Shown: piece after piece, positions 26,692-39,679 of the stretch | How the letters are laid out: every line of letters begins with the position of its first letter | Numbering within the stretch: the stretch's first letter is position 1 | Origin: Vezdaea acicularis | Taxonomy: Eukaryota | Direction: 5' to 3' | Length of the DNA: 63,774 nucleotides | NCBI GenBank assembly: GCA_026025075.1 | Contig: JAPEUI010000095.1 | Location: 1 to 63,774, forward strand | Made by a program: the position numbers and the translations under genes | Notes under the pieces: model-generated | The model's input: the letters and a program-made list of their open reading frames with translations, nothing else | Database searches by the model: none | What the model was told of the DNA's origin: nothing

Positions 26692-29600
26692 ATGGACCAG
26701 AATGGCAGCTCGCCGAGCTACAAAGACATAGCTGCTCAGTTTGCTGAGGCGAGAGCTGCCAAGGTGAAATCTGATGCTACATCTAGGTCCTCGTCCAAGC
26801 GCGCTGGCGCAACTTCCACAAACAAGGTAGAGGAGGTGAGGTTCAAGACTTCACACGGGCTCCTGGTAGTATTTCTCACTTGGATATTGTTCGTGCGAGC
26901 CCGGTGTTCACACCTTGAGCTACTAAAACTGACTTTGTTTACTCCCATAGCATTATACACGTACTAGGCCTCTACTTCTTTACGAAAGGCTTCCTTCTCA
27001 CAAAGCTCGTTTTAGACTTCAAGTCTGAGTGTAAGAGCTCGCCTGTCGAAATCAGAGGGCCAAGAAGTCTGGGCACACCGTACGAGGGCTGCTGGCACCC
27101 CAAATCGTTCGACAAGGCGGTGATCATACTTGTCGACGCCCTGCGCTATGACTTCACCATCCCTTTTACAAACAGTCCCGACTTTCCGGCACCGCGCCAT
27201 TTCCATAATTCATTCCCTATACTTTACGAAACGGCTAAAGAGCAGCCTCAAAATGCTTTCCTTCTTCCATTCATTGCTGATCCGCCAACCGCCACGTTGC
27301 AGAGGCTTAAAGGATTGACGACGGGCACACTACCAACATTCGTTGATGCAGGAAGTAGTTTTGCGGGCACTGCTATTGGAGAGGACAATATTATAGGGCA
27401 GTTGAGGGATGCGAATAAAACACTAGTTCATCTTGGGGATGACACATGGCAGGCCCTTTTCCCCGGTCAATTCGATGTGGAGCTGACCCATGCGTACGAC
27501 TCCTTCAACGTTTGGGACTTACATACTGTAGACGAGGGAGTCACAGAACACCTATTTCCATTATTGAATCCATTGAATTCATCCAAATGGGACGTCATTG
27601 TAGGGCATTATCTTGGGGTAGACCATGCTGGCCATCGGTACGGCCCGGACCATCCTGCTATGACCGCAAAATTGCAGCAAATGGATGCTACCATTAGGAG
27701 AATGATTGATAGCGTGGACGACTCAACGCTCTTAGTCGTCATGGGTGATCATGGCATGGATGCTAAGGGCGACCACGGTGGAGAGTCAGACGATGAGGTT
27801 GAAGCGGCTTTATGGATGTACTCGAGAAGGGGAAGCTTTGGAAGAACTTCGCATGAATCTCTTCTCCCACCGCAGACTGCAAAGGAAAGGCCGGTTGGTC
27901 AGATTGACTTGGTACCAACTCTATCGCTTCTTTTAGGAGTGCCCGTCCCATTCAACAATTTAGGCGCACCAATTTCAGAAGCCTTCATTGGAAAGGGCGG
28001 CAGTGACTGGGAGAATTTGGCAACGGTCCACGAGCTTACCGCAGCGCAAATAAAACGTTACCAGCACGAGTACTCGAATGCTCGGGGTCTCGACGAGTCC
28101 ACGGTTTCAAAGCCTGTGGCACTCTGGAATGCAGCTCAGAAGGCCTGGACAGAGGCAGTCAAAGCGGCAAAGAAGCCATCCTCGGAGAGCTGGAGGGAAG
28201 CTTTTGAGAGCCTCTCAAGATATCAAGAAGAAAACCTTCGCATATGCCGTGCGCTGTGGGCCAGGTTCGACATTCCAAGCATGCTACAAGGAATTCTGAT
28301 CTTAGCATGGGCACTTACTCTTTTGATTGGCTATGCGCGGAGCACAAAAGATCTGGATATTGCAGAGCTTTCGCCCCTCTTAATTGTGCGGGCAGCTATT
28401 GGCGCTGGTGTTGGTGCTGCAATCGGCCTTGGTGTCTCCTATTTAGACACAGAGTGGACCCTGCTGAACTGCAGTCTATTTGGGGCCGCGATTGGCAGTC
28501 TTTTCGCTGTCAGTTCTGTCTCCTACTACATTCGCCGAAGGCTGGCATTGCCACTACCCAATAGTTTGTGGGGAGGGCTAGCTCTCCTGCTTACTGTTAG
28601 TCAGTCCGCTGGGTTTGCATCCAATTCTTACACCATTTGGGAAGATGAGATTCTACTCTTCTTTATAAGTACATTTGGAATTTTGGCTCTCATCTCTTCA
28701 GCACGCCACGAGAACCCCGTAGACCGCACGCTTGGTATTTACCATTCCACGATCTTCATCGTCCTCGGAAGGGTCGCATCTCTATCGAGACTATGCAGGG
28801 AAGAGCAAATGCCCTACTGTCGCTCAACCTACTACGCTTCGGCGAACTCGTCGACCTCGGCGTTCTGGCAGCTTCTAATACCATACTTCCTCGCTATCGC
28901 CTTACCTAGCGTTATCAAGTCGTATTATCAAGGTACTCGGTCATACGAGGGTTCTGCTGGTCTCTGGATCGGTGTTGCGTTGCGTCTTGGCCTACTCCTC
29001 ACTGCTATTTTCTGGACTCTGGATGCAGCGGATGACGGCGACTGGTTCGACCTCCCAGAAGGGGCCCTCAAGACTGTACGTACGGTGATATCTCAGTTAG
29101 TCTTCGGAATCGCACTCGCTGCGGGCACCACGACTTTCGCTTGGGCAAAACCATGTATCAGCATTGGAATGGAGTCGAAAGAGGCTCCCGCTGGCAAGAA
29201 TGAAGCCAGAACTGTGGTCAGCGGTCAGGTTGTGACAATACTCGGCTATGCGAATGCACACGGCTCGCGATACTTTTTGCTTCTCTGTAATGGGCTACTT
29301 GCGGTGATACTACTCCAAAAACCCATGGGAGGCGGTGCAATCGCCATCATGGGCTGGCAGATCTTATCCCTACTCGAGATCGTCGATTCTAACAATCTCA
29401 GCATGACGGCGATAGGGCCAGTCGTCCTGGGGCTCTTGGGGAACTTTCACTTCTTCAAGACCGGACATCAAGCAGCTCTATCCTCGATCCAGTGGGAGTC
29501 CGCATTCATCCCCCTTCACACGATTCGCTATCCCTGGTCACCAATGCTCGTTTTGGGCAACACCTTCGGCGCGCAGATCCTCGCTGCTCTCGCAGTGCCG

Positions 29601-29879
29601 CTGCTTGTCCTGTGGAAGCAGCCTCCGAAGAAAAAAGGGCTATTGGGGGATGTGGCCAAGGCCGCGAGCACGCTTATGTTATTTCACACTACGATAGCAT
29701 TGGCGACCACCTTGTGGGCTTATTGGTTGAGGAGGCATCTGATGTTGTATAGAATATTTAGTCCCCGCTTCATGACTGGAGTTATAGTACTGCTCGTTGT
29801 GGATCTGGTGGTCGCATTCATGGCTGTTGGAGGCGTTAGATGGAACACACTTGCAGTTGCAGACGTTTTTGGATACTAA
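26692..29879 (+). CDS. GPI13: GPI ethanolamine phosphate transferase 3 (PIG-O/Gpi13)
   Basis: One intron ~26889-26950. LVDALRYDF, ADPPTATLQRLKGLTTG, HYLGVDHAGHRYGP, GDHGM, multiple TM helices, RRHLMLYRIFSPRF. Confidence 0.95.
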
Positions 29880-30130
29880 GCACGCGCTGTTCTTTCTGTG
29901 TACCGCGTATCGGTGTGGGAAAAAGAATCTGTATATATATTCTGATGTCCAAAGTAAAATAGAAAGCAGTCAAAGTCTTCGTCAAAATTCCATTCGTGTC
30001 GTCCATTTCGAACCAATCCTCATTCATAAAAAGGTTTATGCTCGTGAAGCGAGCGGCTTTAAATTTATATTTAATCCCAAGCTTCACGTTCCATGCCGCT
30101 TTGCGGCAATCAACCGCCCACTTATCCACC

Positions 30131-32528
30131 ATGGCAGCTGCACTTCCAGATCCAAGCACTTTCAAGACATGGGAAGATGCATTTGCGCACCCTGTCCCCG
30201 TGGTGCGCGGGGTGCAGAAGCAGCTTCAAACCAATCTAGCCGCGAACAGCGAGAGATTGCGGTCACTAGTCGGGTGAGCTTTGATATCCAATACATTTGT
30301 ATCCCTGAGGGCTTTGGAGGTGGCTAATTGGTTACGGTGACTAGAGCAAGCTATAGAGACCTCTTGGGGACGGCGGAGCGGATTATAGAGATGGATGGGC
30401 AGATGCGCGAGGTCGAGTTGGTGCTGGGGGGGTTGGGCAAAAAGTGTAATTCGAGGATGTTGGATAGGATAGGCAAGAATTATGCGGATATGGATAAGAG
30501 CTGGAAAGCTCGAGGTGAGAAGGGCTTTCTAGGGGACTCGGAGTGCTCGATAAGCTGATCATAGAAGCAGATAATGAACGGCTTACGTCCGCTGCTCAAC
30601 TATCGATACTGCAGGCGTGCCCTCTTGTGATCTCTCGATTGCTGAGGAAGACAAGATCGCCGTTACTTGCGGCAAAGGTTCTTGTTATTTCACGGCTGCT
30701 GCACAAGAAGCTATCATCAGAAAGAGATCCGCCGCCATTGGTAAACATCTTACATGATCGACTCCGACGCTTGAGGGAGAAGCTTCTCCGGCATATCGAC
30801 ATACTCTTCTCGAGCTCAGGTACTACTCAGTCAAGTCTCGTGGAGGCAATGTGCGCGTTCTCTCTGGCTACTAGTTCGGCGCCGACGGACGTCTTGCGGC
30901 ACTTCCAGCATGTTCGACTTGATGCAATGTCTTCAGCTTTAGAGAGGAGAGAGGAGGAGCACACACATGTCCTAGAGTGTTTAAAGTTATACTTACGGAC
31001 GCTGCAGGAGATAGTTACTATATTTCCAAGGCGACTTGCAGAGGCTCTCTTGAAGCTGAAATCTGCACCCTTATTACAAGACCCCGATGTCACGACCCTC
31101 GTAGAACTGAATCTGGACGTCTACGCGCGGTGGGTTGCAGAAGATATACAGCACTTTACTCCATGGGTCAATCATGAGGAGCTGCAAAAGGGGATGGTGG
31201 ATACACTGCTAAAGGGATGGGCAAAGAAGGGGTTTCAGACCTTTTCGAAGGGCCTCAAGGAAGAACTTGGCACGATATCGGATTTCAGAGCAATGACCGA
31301 GCTCCGAACGAATGCGCTTCGAATGTGGCTTGATCCTAAAAGTAAGAGTACGGCTTACTCTTCCACCGAAGGTCTGGATGAACTACGATCTATCTTTAAT
31401 GCTCAATTAGTGCGCATGGCCCACGTTAGAGCAAAACGACTCCACTCTGTGGGAGAGCAGATTCATGACAGTTTGGATCGATGGCAGAATGGAATCACTA
31501 ACGCCCGGAGCGAGCTCTGGTCTGAATCCATCACATCAATGGACGTCGGCAATGGCGCGATCCCCTTCAAGAAAGCTATTCTGAACAGCTCTCGTGGACG
31601 TAGCGAGGCTATTGTACATATCATTGAGAGCTACGAGAAGTGGCTAGTATCTATGGAGGAGATATCCGATGTCGTCGACGGGCTGAAGAAGATGAAATGG
31701 GGTGAAGACCTGGATGATGAAGAGGACGAGTTCGGACTCGAGAACCGCAATGACCTGTTGAGCGCAGATGATCCACAGCTGATTCAGAACGAACTTGATA
31801 AGGCGATCACGGATAGCTTCTTTGATCTACAGAAGACAATAGGGGCTACCGGAGCGAATTACCGATCAGCACACGTTGAAGAGAAGGGCCAGAAGTCAAT
31901 GTTCCTGTGGCGGTGCATTAGAGAGCTACGGGAAAGACGTCCACACAGGGGAAACACCAAGGATTTTGGTCTCGAAGCCGCAAAGTCTTTACAGCATACC
32001 ATCGCAGAAGACGTAGCGGCACTCCCCTTACTCAAGTTTCGAGAAGCGATGGAGAAGCAAGTACAAGCAAACAACCATCCTGCACGGGCGCTGTGGGAAG
32101 GCACACCTGAGCTTCCATCGCAGCTCTTGACAAACACATTCAACATACTTCATGACCTCGTCACAGCGATGTCAGATGCCGGCATGGATCTCTGGAGCAA
32201 AGGTCCCGTCAATGCGATCAAGGCCGTCGTCCGAAAAGACATATGCGAGTCCTTCGCGCCATTCCTCAAGGACGAAGTCGACAGTGTCCACGATGAGAAC
32301 GTCAAAAGAGCAGTAGATCCAGACTTGCGCGTCCAAGCAATCTTCGACGTTTCCTTCCTGGCCCACGCTCTCGACATATCCTCTAGTGACGAGACGGAAT
32401 TGCATTCCTTGCAGGAAAAACTAAGGGCAAAAGCAGGCCTGAGCGAAGCGTCATATGATCGCATAGAACAGGCCGCGAAAGCATATTGGAAGCGGACGCA
32501 ACTGCTCTTCGGCCTGCTTGCCTCGTAG
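30131..32528 (+). CDS. COG1: Conserved oligomeric Golgi complex subunit 1 (Vps51/Cog1-type N-terminus)
   Basis: Two introns (~30274-30344, ~30515-30563/69). RLRSLVGASYRDLLGTAERIIEMD, LWEGTPELP and C-terminal YWKRTQLLFGLL. Confidence 0.85.
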
Positions 32529-32572
32529 TTAGCATGAATAACCACATATCGCTTTAGCACTTCCAAAATCTC

Positions 32573-33173
32573 ATCCGAAGGTCACGTGCATATACCGCTG
32601 AACCGCTACCTTCCCCGTAGCTCACGATCCGGTCCCCTCTCGGAAATCGAGATCGGGCCCCCACTCACCCGCGCGCTGCCCGCCAGACGGTCTGATCTCG
32701 ATCCATTCGGCGTCATCCAATCGTCGCACCTGTCACGCAAAGAGTCTCAAGTCACGTGCTCGTCTGGATACTTCACGTGATGCGGAGGTTTTCTCGTTGC
32801 GCTTGCTCACGGATCGGCTCGTGCCGCTTTACTTACTCCCTCCGCGGCACTTGGTGCGGTTGTGAGGTTCGCTTCCCATTTGGGGTGACTTGGGGCGGAG
32901 GGGAAGGTTTGGGAGAGGTGTAAAGCGGCAGCGGACTCTGCCAAAATTGATGCTGACCTTCTTGCTTGATGGCGTTAGTCGCGTTTTGGAGAGTTGTATT
33001 GGACTGGTGGATTTTGAGATCCTGGATCTGATGCTCATAGGCGTGGCTGTAGCGGACATTGCTCCGCAAGGGATTCGGAGATGGGTGCGTGGCGACCAGC
33101 CCTTTCGGATGGGAAAGGGTACAAGAAAAACTCGGGACACGTGCGTTCTGAGATATGCACGTGAGCTGCGGGT
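32573..33173 (+). ncRNA. Candidate structured RNA of unknown family
   Basis: Nested complementary segments: 12-bp closing stem, 14-bp and 11-bp internal stems, several 7-8-bp stems; G-U pairs work on the + strand. No credible CDS. Confidence 0.4.
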
Positions 33174-33292
33174 TTCTGTGTTGCATTTGTTTCACGAGGG
33201 TTGACGGGTTTTGCTGGCATCGCTTCTTCGCGTACGCAGGTCTTTCATCCCACTTCACCAGCACCCAGTCGCATCGTGATTTCTTGGACAAT

Positions 33293-34691
33293 ATGTCGTT
33301 ACCCCGTCTCACATTCCTATATCCACAGTTCTTCAAGCCCTTAGCCAAAGCTCCTGTATCTATCCACAGGCATGCCTTTTGCGCGACCACCCGTCGCTCT
33401 CAGCAACAGTTTTCTCGCCATGGGACAGCGGTAGAGCCAGTCCCTCCCCCGTCATCAATGGCATCAGCCCCTAAACTCTCTCGGAAGGATTTAGATGGCA
33501 AAAACAAATCTGGAGCTGAAGAGAAGGATGCAGGGAAGGAAGCCAAGGAAGATGGCGATGTGGCAGCGGTGCAAACCGATAGCAGTCCCAGCGCGACGTC
33601 CAGCCCTAAAGCAAAGGAGGAGATGCAAGATAGTGATGGGAAAGCCTCAAAATCTCCCATTGGATCTTCCACTAAGAGCAAATCTAAAGCTAAGAAAGAG
33701 TCGGGAAACAAAGTGCAAGAGGAGGCTGCTATATCGAAGTCTGAAGATTCCCATCCAGCAAATACGAGTCCACAACCATCCAACCCCGCCACACAATCCT
33801 CATCAGCGGCCAAACCTACTCCCAGCGAAGCTAAACCAGAACCGCTTCTCGACCCCTCGAAGCCAGCCCTGGAAACCGTCCTCCACCTACCTTCACCCTC
33901 CAGCCCAGCCGCTCGCGAGCACAGACCCCCACACTTACAAGCCCCACCCTACGTCCACCACTTCGACACTTACACGCTCGTACGCAGTCTCGAAAAAGGC
34001 GGCTTCACCGGCGACCAAGCCGTAACCGCCATGAAAGCCGTCCGATCCCTACTCGCCGTCAACCTCGAACTCGCGCGCGAGGGCCTCGTCTCCAAGTCCG
34101 ACGTCGAGAACGAGACCTACCTCTTCCGAGCCGCCTGCTCCGAGCTCCGGACCGAGATCCAGAACAACCGCAAAAGCGCCGCCGACCGCATGCGCACGCA
34201 GCGCGCCCAGCTCCAGCACGACTGCGACATCGCCGGCCAGCGCCTCGGCCAGGACCTCGCCGTGCTCAAAGACGAGCTCAAAGGCATGTTCGACGACCGC
34301 AAGATGGGCGTCCGCAGCGAACAGCGCATCCTCGAAAGCCGCATCCAGGAGCTCAACTATAAGATCACCGTCATGCTCAACAGCGATATGAAGAGCGAAG
34401 TCGAGGGCCTGAGATGGGTCCTCACCCGCAGGGCCGCCATGGCCATCGTGATCACGGCGGGTATGTTTTTACTCCATACCCTCCTTTTCTAGCTGTCGCT
34501 GATCTGGTACCCTTGATACAGTTCTGATCCTGAGCTCGTTGCGCTATGCGAGTATGCGGACACATGCGGCGGAGGTTAAGAAGGAGAAGGCCGCTAGTCA
34601 CGAAGGGGAGGGGCCGACGGACAGCTCGAAGAGGGGGCCAGTCGTCGATGGTGATAGGGTAGTGAATGCGAGTTACGTCTCACTGGGGTGA
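33293..34691 (+). CDS. Mitochondrial CCDC90/DUF1640 (MCUR1/Fmp32-Put6/Put7-like) coiled-coil protein
   Basis: Presequence-like MSLPRLTFLYP, head domain HHFDTYTLVRSLEKGGFT, coiled coil, C-terminal TM segment across intron 34461-34521; TGA at 34689-34691. Confidence 0.85.
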
Positions 34692-34953
34692 TTTAGGATC
34701 GTACTAGCGCTAGATAGACTTTTCGTTACTTTAAAGATACCCTTCATAGTCCATCAATAACGTCTTTGACAGCAGAATATGACTCTACGCGCTTTCCCAC
34801 CGATTCCTCGCGCGAGAAAACTATCTGCGGAATTGATCCAAGTGCCAAGAAACACAGCGCACAAGAAGACCAGCGCCAGGTCCAAGAGGCCGGGACGTCG
34901 TACGGGGAGAAATGACAATAGGAACATGAGCGGTCGTCTGCGTCGTAGCAACA

Positions 34954-36519
34954 TCAAAAGTACCCCCCAGAGGACCCTGGACCGAGTCGAAGAATATCTC
35001 GTAGACCGTCTTCCATAGCTTTGATATTAGAGCCGTCCTGTCTCATCTGCGGGCCCTCTTGGCCGATTTGATTGCTTCTTACGCTTGGGCTCTGAAGAGT
35101 ACCTGGATTGGCGGGGTAGATAGGAGGAGGTCCTTTACCATCATGAAGACCGAGACCTGGTGTCGAAGCGCTCTTCAATTGATGCTCACGAAGGGGAATG
35201 GGTGAAACCGGTCCGCGAGAGATATCAAACCCATCCTGAGCCTTCGCCGGCGCGACTTCGCGGCGAAGACCAGAAACGGATCGTGGCGAAGACCGGCCAT
35301 ATGAAGGAGGGCGCAGGGCCCCTCGGGGCGGCGGAGCATTCCGCGACCGATGAGTCTTAGATGCTAGTGGAGACTGCTGCGGATCGGCGGTTTCTGTGAA
35401 AGCTGGAGTTTCTGAAGGCGAGGGCGAGTCTGGAATTTGCTCGACTGCCAGGGACAGCTCACCTGATTGAGGAGATGACGATGACGCTGACCGATCCGCA
35501 TTGCCAGAGAATAGAAGGGTTTTAAGAGCCCTAGACTTGGCCTTTCGGTCCTCTTCGTCTCGCTCTTGCTGCGACCCACCTACAGGTGGTGTAGGTGTCT
35601 GTCTCAGAGCTCTCAGGCGGTCTTGATAGGGAGTGGTAAATGCTGGCCCAACCACTTGTCTTGGGCTCTCAGAATTTCCCAATTCAAGAGCAAACATGTC
35701 ATAACCAGGGCTTTCAGCAGATAGACGGGAATCATGAGGCCTCTGGCCGCCCTGCGGTGTAGACTGAAAGGAGCCAAACTGCGCTGTGGTAGATAGTGGT
35801 GAGTCGGCTGACGGTGTAGCAACCCCTCGGCTGCGAGCTCGGGCCTTCTCCTCTCTGTCGGCCTTGAACAGAATATCTAGAGGAGACTCATTTCGTGCGG
35901 GGACGTTGTTCCCACCTTTCAAGTCCGGCAATTGCTCGGTAGGTTCTTCATCTTTAGCAGATTCTGCTATCAGTCTAGCATTGAGTCCATTCTTATCTAG
36001 TGAGCTTGGCACGGATTTGGAGAAGAACCGGGGAATGGGCAAAGACGATGGTGCAGGCGAGGCATGGAAGGTCGGACCCGCGTAAGCAGTTTTTGGTGGA
36101 GGAGTATTGCTGGAGATTCGCTCAAAGCTTGTGGGTCGGTTTGTTGTAGGCGTGACAGGCCTTGATGACCCACTATCGATCTTTGCGTTGGGGTTATTGC
36201 TGAGTCTTTTCTTTGGTCGTGGCTTTCTCTTCTTTGTTGCATTTGCTTCGCGTCCAATTATGTTATTCATGACCTCTTCACCAACGTCAGAGACTTGGGT
36301 AGGATCTATTTGTGGGCCAACATAGGAAACTGTTTCGTGTTGAGGATAGCCGCTTTCATTAGAAAGTTGGCTTTGTTGAAAAGGCTGGAACCCCGCATCA
36401 GCATAGTATTGTTGAAAATTCCGAGGGTTCGAGATATATTGCTGCTGGCTATATGGAGCCTCCGAGGTCCCCATATTAGCGCTTTTGGTGTGTCGGCGGT
36501 TCCGATGACCTGAAGACAT
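34954..36519 (-). CDS. Disordered protein with Edc1/PNRC2-type decapping-activator motif
   Basis: 521-aa single ORF, S/P-rich, containing YAGPTFHASPAPSSLPIP and short leucine-rich helices (LDILF, LKTLLF, LRDILRL). Confidence 0.75.
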   Translation of the reverse strand: MSSGHRNRRHTKSANMGTSEAPYSQQQYISNPRNFQQYYADAGFQPFQQSQLSNESGYPQHETVSYVGPQIDPTQVSDVGEEVMNNIIGREANATKKRKPRPKKRLSNNPNAKIDSGSSRPVTPTTNRPTSFERISSNTPPPKTAYAGPTFHASPAPSSLPIPRFFSKSVPSSLDKNGLNARLIAESAKDEEPTEQLPDLKGGNNVPARNESPLDILFKADREEKARARSRGVATPSADSPLSTTAQFGSFQSTPQGGQRPHDSRLSAESPGYDMFALELGNSESPRQVVGPAFTTPYQDRLRALRQTPTPPVGGSQQERDEEDRKAKSRALKTLLFSGNADRSASSSSPQSGELSLAVEQIPDSPSPSETPAFTETADPQQSPLASKTHRSRNAPPPRGALRPPSYGRSSPRSVSGLRREVAPAKAQDGFDISRGPVSPIPLREHQLKSASTPGLGLHDGKGPPPIYPANPGTLQSPSVRSNQIGQEGPQMRQDGSNIKAMEDGLRDILRLGPGSSGGYF

Positions 36520-37211
36520 AATTGTTGGTGGGCTTGATGAATAGGCAGCCTTTCCTTATAATAATCAACGAAAAGGTATGAGAGCTAAGTCCTTCTCAGA
36601 AGGCTGTGCAAGGTCTACCTGAGACCTCAAAAGCTAGCTATCGAATGTTTATTCGGTGACTAGCGGTACGAGAGGTATGATAAATCGCCGGGCGGATGTA
36701 AGAAGATCGCTTGGGGGAGACTGTATGTAAAGAGTGTTCGATCAGGTTCTCGTTGGAGTAACATTTGGAGATCAGTGTAGTTTTGAGAGGGAGCGATAGG
36801 ATACGCAGGTGGTAGCCAAATGCGTAACAAATTTAGATCAAAGTATGGAGGGATTGTGAGGTTGCTGCGTCGTACGTGAAGGCTGTAGGCGTGTTGCGCA
36901 TGGCGGCGCATCATAACATGGAGTACGTTCGGTACTTGCCGCTCCGACTTGCTCATGGCGGGGGAGTTGGGAGTATTGTGTCCAGCCAGTAAATGGAACT
37001 TAAAAATAATATTGGCACACCAAAGACTCTCAAATATTGCAGCACACTAAACACATTTTTTCTGTTTGCGCGACAAGCAAGTACCGTAATCATTATCGTT
37101 CTGTCTTCATTGACCATACTGACGAATAACTGGAGAGCAGAGCCTCGCCTCCTGCACACCAACAAGACCGAATCATCACCTTAGCCTCCATCTCAGACTC
37201 TATACACTACA

Positions 37212-37765
<554 letters not shown>

Positions 37766-39679
37766 TAGTCAATGAATTCGATGGACAAATTTCTTGCATG
37801 GTCTTCGATGGAACACTTGGCGTTGGGCTAGATTCTCGACATGTTGAGCTATGATGGGTATTTCACGGGCCTTTTGTTAAAATAGCTTCCCAGATGGTGT
37901 ACGTTGACTCCGCATAGCACAGCTACATGCTTTGGCCCAGAGGATACCAGACAGTTCAGCTTTCTTCAAGGAGACTTTATTTGACAAGCAACTGATAGAA
38001 CAATGCGGAACTTGGGTGTATCCTGTACGCCCTTGCTCTACTCACACAAGCCTAGTCACTCCAAAGCAGTACTCATCTAACTTTCTTGCCATCCACAACT
38101 ATCTCGACTCCTAAATTGCTATTCTTTGATGGTAGCCATTGCAAGGGGTGCTTGTTGAAGAATGGCCATGCCGGAACGATTACAAGAAAAACAAGGCCGG
38201 TGCCTATGAGGCCTCCATAGAGAGTGGCGTAGATATCATCGCGAAGATAGCCAGCTAAAAACGCTGCAATCTATCCACCCATATTAGACTGTAGCCATTT
38301 GCGGAGAGTTGATAGATAGCTTACACCAACGGCACCAAGCAGAGCTGTTGTCAACTTCTCGGCTAGGCGTTGTCCTTCGAAGTCCTAATATATTTCTGCA
38401 TAAGCTTCAATGGTACTTCACGCAGAGAGGAAAGACCGACAATCTGGCCCTCCAGTATTTCTTGCACTTGCCCTCCTATGTCGTTCAGTGCCTCCATCTT
38501 TGCAACTGGCTTCGTCTTCTTCAAGGGAATGTGGTCTCAAGGTCGATTAAACGATGTTCCTGGCACGTGGCTTCGGAACATACCGCGACCGGCATGGTGG
38601 GATGATGATATGCAGCAGACGAGCCCTGACCAATGTGGTCCGTCATGAACTCCACGGGCTGAGTGGAGCATACATCACCCTCTTCTTCGCGATGGTGACA
38701 TTGGGCATCTATCCAGTATCCACCCGCCCATTGGACGCAATGCAGACATGCAATGCTGATGGGATAGTCCCTGTATAAAGTCCCCGGCCGTGAATGCCGA
38801 TTTGCCATGCGGCGCTTGCCGCCTGTTGTTCGCTCGTGCACTGATAGAATTTTGCCGAAAAATTGTTGCGCTACTGTACACACCGCTTAGAACAATGCCG
38901 AAGCATAAAACTGGATCGCTCCCCACCTTATCGCCTTCCACCGTCAAACGTCAAGGTTCTATCAGACCTTCTAATAACGATCTTACAGAGAGCTCTCCCT
39001 AGCAATCGGTTTTGAAACAACATCATCTTGGCTTTGTCATTGCTCTCACTTTGAGTCGCAAGAAACGCTTGAGCTTTTGTGAGATCATCTCCGTCCCCCA
39101 AACCGGTAGTTCTTCCGAGACCTGAAGCTCACGTCCGACCGTGTTCTTTAAGAAGCTCTCACCTGCTTAACACGAGAGACATATACAAGTCTTTCGTGTT
39201 TTTCTTCATCATAAAGCTCCACCTCACAAAGCTGGCTCAATCCACCAAGTTGGCGGGACTCTACTACCACCAATTCTCCTTCATTCGCCCTCTCCTTGGT
39301 CCAAAGATCTGGGCCCATTGCGGAGGCGACAAAAAGCCTCCATAATTGGCCTTTAATTTATGCATTAAACCAAATACAAGGCCTGCATATCACGAACGGT
39401 TATCGTTCTCGCTCTTGGGGAGTGAGAAGTAGGGTTCTCTCACACTGGCTACAATCGTCTTTGCCGGAGGTAGGGATTGAAAACCCTACACGAAGGCTTC
39501 CATACAAATTGGCCGAACCTGATCAGTGAGCGCTCGTTGGCGGCTCACTGGCGAGTGGCTTCTTTTAAGCCTCAGAAAATTTACGTGAGTAGGAAGGTGT
39601 TTTTCCCGCGCCCTTCGCTGACTTCTGTTGGAGGTTTATTGCAATTGCGCAGGGTCTTCATACGCTATCAATTGACGAA

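Noticed and set aside
33155..33292. Upstream in-frame ATG extending the CCDC90-family ORF
   Set aside because: The extension is Cys/Phe-rich and overlaps the structured element; MSLPRLTFLYP at 33293 looks like the real mitochondrial presequence start.
38776..38790. AAAGTCCCCGG resembling the RNase MRP P4 5' strand
   Set aside because: No matching downstream GGGGCTYA/CR-V element or P1-P3 stems were found.
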